From positions 6,820,001 through 6,884,000 of the forward strand of contig NC_092671.1 of assembly GCF_964355755.1 (NCBI RefSeq): DNA of 64,000 nucleotides, given 5' to 3'. Below are positions 60,401 through 64,000 of the stretch, piece by piece. Under the pieces are notes generated by a model. That model had not been told where the DNA came from. It did no database searches and saw nothing but the letters and a program-made list of their open reading frames with translations. Made by a program: the position numbers and the translations under genes. Source of the DNA: Antedon mediterranea (taxonomy: Eukaryota > Animalia > Echinodermata). Each line of letters starts with the position of its first letter. Positions within the stretch are counted from its first letter, which is position 1.

Positions 60401-63400
60401 AATTAATTCGTCTTCTTTGACGATCGAGCCGAATCACCGGATGTTCAGTGCGTCGCACGCGTACCGGTTACTACTGTGAGTATTAACCAATCGGTCTTTC
60501 ATCACATCTAGGGAGGCCTAATAACAAATGAGGGCGCTATGTATGCATAGTTTAAATAGTTTAGTTGATTAATTTCTTCAAGCAAGTACCGTGGCGCAGC
60601 GCATTAAACGTTGTCTTGTGATGGAGTGACAATTTCATCGCGAGTTCAAGACCCAGTAGTTGACTTTTGTTTAGTTATCGACAAACGCGAGTGTTGCCAC
60701 ACGAAAATTACACAGTCAATATCATCGTACTCGAGAATTTTCTGGATTTTATATGTTTAATGACAGGGGACACGATAATTACGCGAAAATTACTCAGTCA
60801 ATATCATCGTACTCGAGGATATATACGATTTACGATCCTTGCAGCGGTAGTCATGTGATGCAGTTTCAACCAATCACGTTCACGTATTTAATATATATAT
60901 AATACTCAATTATTTTTTTTCAGGCATTTTAAACTCAGGATGAAAAGGGATGCTCCAATGTTCTCTAAAAATCTAGTGGTTGAAAGTAGTGAAGGAACAC
61001 GAAGGTATACTCCAGATCATATATATGTAGGATTATTAGAAGGTAAGGATCTACGTCACCCCCTATGCTTCAAAAGGAAGGTGGCTTTCATTTCAATAAG
61101 TAAATGGAAATTAATGGAAACACAAAAAAACGGGAACAGACAAAACAGTATACTGTATGATACTAGGACATACTGACCTTCAATATCTAGCAGCTACTGT
61201 ACATAGATTCATTGGGATAGATTCATCTTGACCCCTCTTAAAAATACCCAAAATAAAATGTCACGCTTTGTACAGTATTTAGTTTCAAGGCTTATCCAAA
61301 TTAATATAGATTTTAATTTTAAGTTGGCAGACATTTTTGTCCACTGGTGGTACTGATGCAGGTAAAATTAGCATCCCATTCATATACAGTATGGCCTATA
61401 ACTGCAGTATTCCCATAAATAATGTGTGCTTTATTCCTATAGTATGTCTATAATAGCTATGTGTTTACCCGTGGGAACACTACAATTACTTGCATTAATT
61501 TACTCGCACAAGAACTGTATAGTCATTTTCTAAAAGACACATTTATTATTCAAATAATATACATTAATACAATAATTGCCTAGTGACCCGTTCGATAAAG
61601 TGACCTGACCATCACTCTCTAAAACAAATGAGGTCTGCTGTAATAAGTGAGCATTATAAATTGAGCTAAGCACTGCTCTGATTTGTAAACAAAATGACAG
61701 GTTCTTGTTCCGTCAAGAATAGTGGAGATTATTATCCTTGTTTAATATTTTGTTTTTTTATCACATTTTTTCAGATGATCCTAGTAGCAGCTGTCATGGT
61801 TCAATAATCAATGATACATTCCGCGGTAGGATAAAAACAGGGAATGATGAGTATTACATAGAACCAGCTCATCGCTATTTTGATACCGAAACAAACTTTC
61901 ATTCTGTAATATATATGGGCAAGCATGTGGAGCCACCGTCAGAGTTATTTGGATGTGGGGCCAAGGACCAAATACACACTCGCATGCAAGATTTCCTAGC
62001 AGAGAATTATAAGGCACAATCTGTAAGATTCTATTTCAAATGTCTATTTGTTGGGTGGTCAAGTTTGTTATTTCCCCCATGCTTGCAAACATAATTATTT
62101 TAAGAAAATTTAAGTTTTTTGTGTTTTGAGAGTAGGAGAAACATAAGAAACATAATAATAAGACTGATCCACAAAAAAATGGTTTTGTTATAAATCTGTC
62201 CTAAATTGTGTAATAAGTTTTAAATAATACTGTAAGTGTACAAACTGTAAGCTACAGAAGAGCCTCACCCCTCACAACTCCTTTGGACACTCTTGTCATA
62301 GCGTGGTTCCCACTAGAACGTAATGCAAGGACGTAAACGCAACGCAAGCGTTTAAACCAATGACAAGCGAAGTTATAGACAGTTAACAATCACAAGTGAA
62401 TAAGCCATCGCTTGTGATTGGTCAATTCACTTGCGTTGCGTTACGTCCTTGCGTTGCGTCGCTAGTGGAAACAACGCTTAAGGGGACAGTAATAATACAA
62501 TCTAGAGCATCATTTCTTCTGAAAAATAATACAATTATATAAGATAATAAAAGATAAACAAACCCAAATGTAACAAATATATATTTAGAATGATTTTACT
62601 TTGTTATTTATTTTAGGTTTTTGATGAAAATGAAGAATCTCCTTCAGAGAAGTATTCCTCCTCACAACGTCATAAACGAGCGACAGTCAATTACAACAAC
62701 AAAGGCTGTACTTTGTATCTTCAAGCTGATCATACATACACCGCGCTCTTTAACAATGATGAGAACGAGGTGATCGCCGAGCTCCATGACCATGTCACGG
62801 CTGTAAACAGTATTTACGAAAACACACGCTTTGGTGAATGGGGCAACGGCATCGGATTTGAAGTGGATAGGATACGTATCAACGGCACTCAAGAAGAAAA
62901 CGACCCATCAAACCCGTTTGGAATGAACAATATCGGTGTCGAGAAATTTCTCGAATTGAATTCGTTACAAAACCATAACGATTATTGTCTCGCGTACGTA
63001 TTTGCTAATCGTGATTTCAATGACGGAGTTCTTGGGTTGGCATGGGTTGGATCTGCTGGTGGAACCTCTGGTGGTATTTGCGAAGATTTTAAGAAGTTTA
63101 CTGGTGGATCTCAAAGTCTTAACACGGGTATTGTGACGGTTAAGAACTATGGCCAAAGGGTTCCGTCAAAAGTCTCTCACATCACGTTTGCACACGAACT
63201 CGGACATAACTTTGGATCTCCAGTAAGTATGGTAGTAATAATTGTAGTCTACTACTCAATATTATTTTTCAGTACTACTGTATTGCCATAAGATTTGTCA
63301 CTACATTTTAAATTATCATACACTATTAAATAATAATAAATTTAATTTATAAAGCGCTTCATAATGACAGAAACAAACTCTAAGCGCTGTTCATAAAAAT

Positions 63401-63982
63401 AACATAAACATCTGGTCAGCTTAATCTAAAGCAATCAATACCAACAATTTAAAAATTACACAACAAAAAAAAGACATAATAATATACAAACGAGAACAGT
63501 CTATTCAGTTAATAAACAAAAATTTAAAAAAGAAACTTTTTTTTTGTTTCCAAAATAAGTTCCAAATATAGTTACCTCATCTTGGGTCATTGGCAAATTT
63601 GTTATTTTATCTCTATAAAACTTTTTAGATTGATTTTGGTACACATGTTTAACAATACTAAAGAGAAATGAATTTTATTCTCATTTGCATTTATTCTTTT
63701 TTTGTAAACAAAGTTGACGCACTATTATGACATGATAACCTGCAATGCAAATAAGCATATTTTTTATAACAAGATAAATATAAACTATATTTCAGCATGA
63801 TTACCCATCACATTGTCGGCCTGGCGATGGAGCTGGCTCAGATGCACGTAAGAGTGGTAACTACATCATGTATGCAAGCGCAACATCTGGAGATCGCACA
63901 AACAACAACCTGTTCTCGTCATGCAGTATAGGTAACATGACCAAAGTGTTGGATGCGAAGGCCTCAAAATGTTTTGTTCCAG
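54449..63982 (+). CDS. ADAM10: ADAM10/kuzbanian metalloprotease, first six coding exons (continues past the window)
   Basis: Exons 54449-54512 (signal peptide), 55764-55902 ([28 protein letters not shown]), 60924-61042, 61775-62022 (CHGSI..YYIEPA..HSVIY, cysteine switch), 62617-63222 (furin site [29 protein letters not shown]), 63796-63982 ([20 protein letters not shown]). Confidence 0.96.
55021..55570. mobile_element. PIF/Harbinger MITE in ADAM10 intron 1
   Basis: TIR GGCCGCTGGAAATACATTAC..ATGGTTCTCGTCAGC at both ends; TSD TTA. Confidence 0.85.
56347..56442 (-). mobile_element. Short Helentron/DINE-1-like element
   Basis: Reverse complement reads TTTTTAGTCGCGTG..CACTATGTCGGTCGG..CACGCGACT..GGCCTTGTTT, homologous to 33300-33416. 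Confidence 0.55.
56742..57942. repeat. Near-identical direct repeats (56742-57057 and 57571-57942) flanking a 513-bp spacer
   Basis: Two substitutions plus one 56-bp indel bounded by CCGA microhomology; no TG..CA ends or TSD. Confidence 0.85.
59993..60900. mobile_element. Possible Crypton-like non-autonomous element
   Basis: ~37-bp IR pair at the left end (AAATATAAGATTTGACATCCCC..GGAATGATATTA / TAATATCATTCC..GGGGATGTCTAATCTTATATTT) and AACCAATCAC near the right end; classification is by resemblance only. Confidence 0.35.
62300..62478. mobile_element. PIF/Harbinger MITE in ADAM10 intron 4
   Basis: Same family as 50981-51159 and 51224-51410. Confidence 0.8.
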
Positions 63983-64000
63983 GTAAGCTGCACCAGGAAA

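Noticed and set aside
39972-63982. Functional Notch link between MIB/HERC2-bearing TRIMs and neighbouring ADAM10
   Set aside because: Proximity alone is not evidence in animal genomes; GAMT lies between them and MIB/HERC2 domains occur in non-Notch proteins.

Overview
AT-rich, intron-containing animal genomic DNA; a marine invertebrate deuterostome is my guess, not something the sequence proves. Host genes, all on +: the last four exons of SMARCB1/SNF5 (1-1686); a tandem cluster of three TRIM paralogues (22.4-43.4 kb; two disabled, one intact ~553 aa); a complete 4-exon GAMT (47148-50443); and the first six exons of ADAM10/kuzbanian (54449 to beyond the window end). Much of the rest is transposon-derived. 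This includes a young BEL/Pao LTR element with in-frame loss of RT/RNase H, an 11.5-kb nest (TIR element > 187-bp satellite > Tc1/mariner MITE > Rex1 LINE and Gypsy solo LTR > hAT MITE), a Penelope-like remnant inside 1.5-kb inverted repeats each carrying a minimal hammerhead ribozyme, and many MITEs. The best candidate for something new is the TRIM architecture RING-Bbox-Bbox-coiled coil followed by two exon-encoded MIB/HERC2-like domains, evolving by birth-and-death. All calls come from reading the sequence by eye; no database searches were run.
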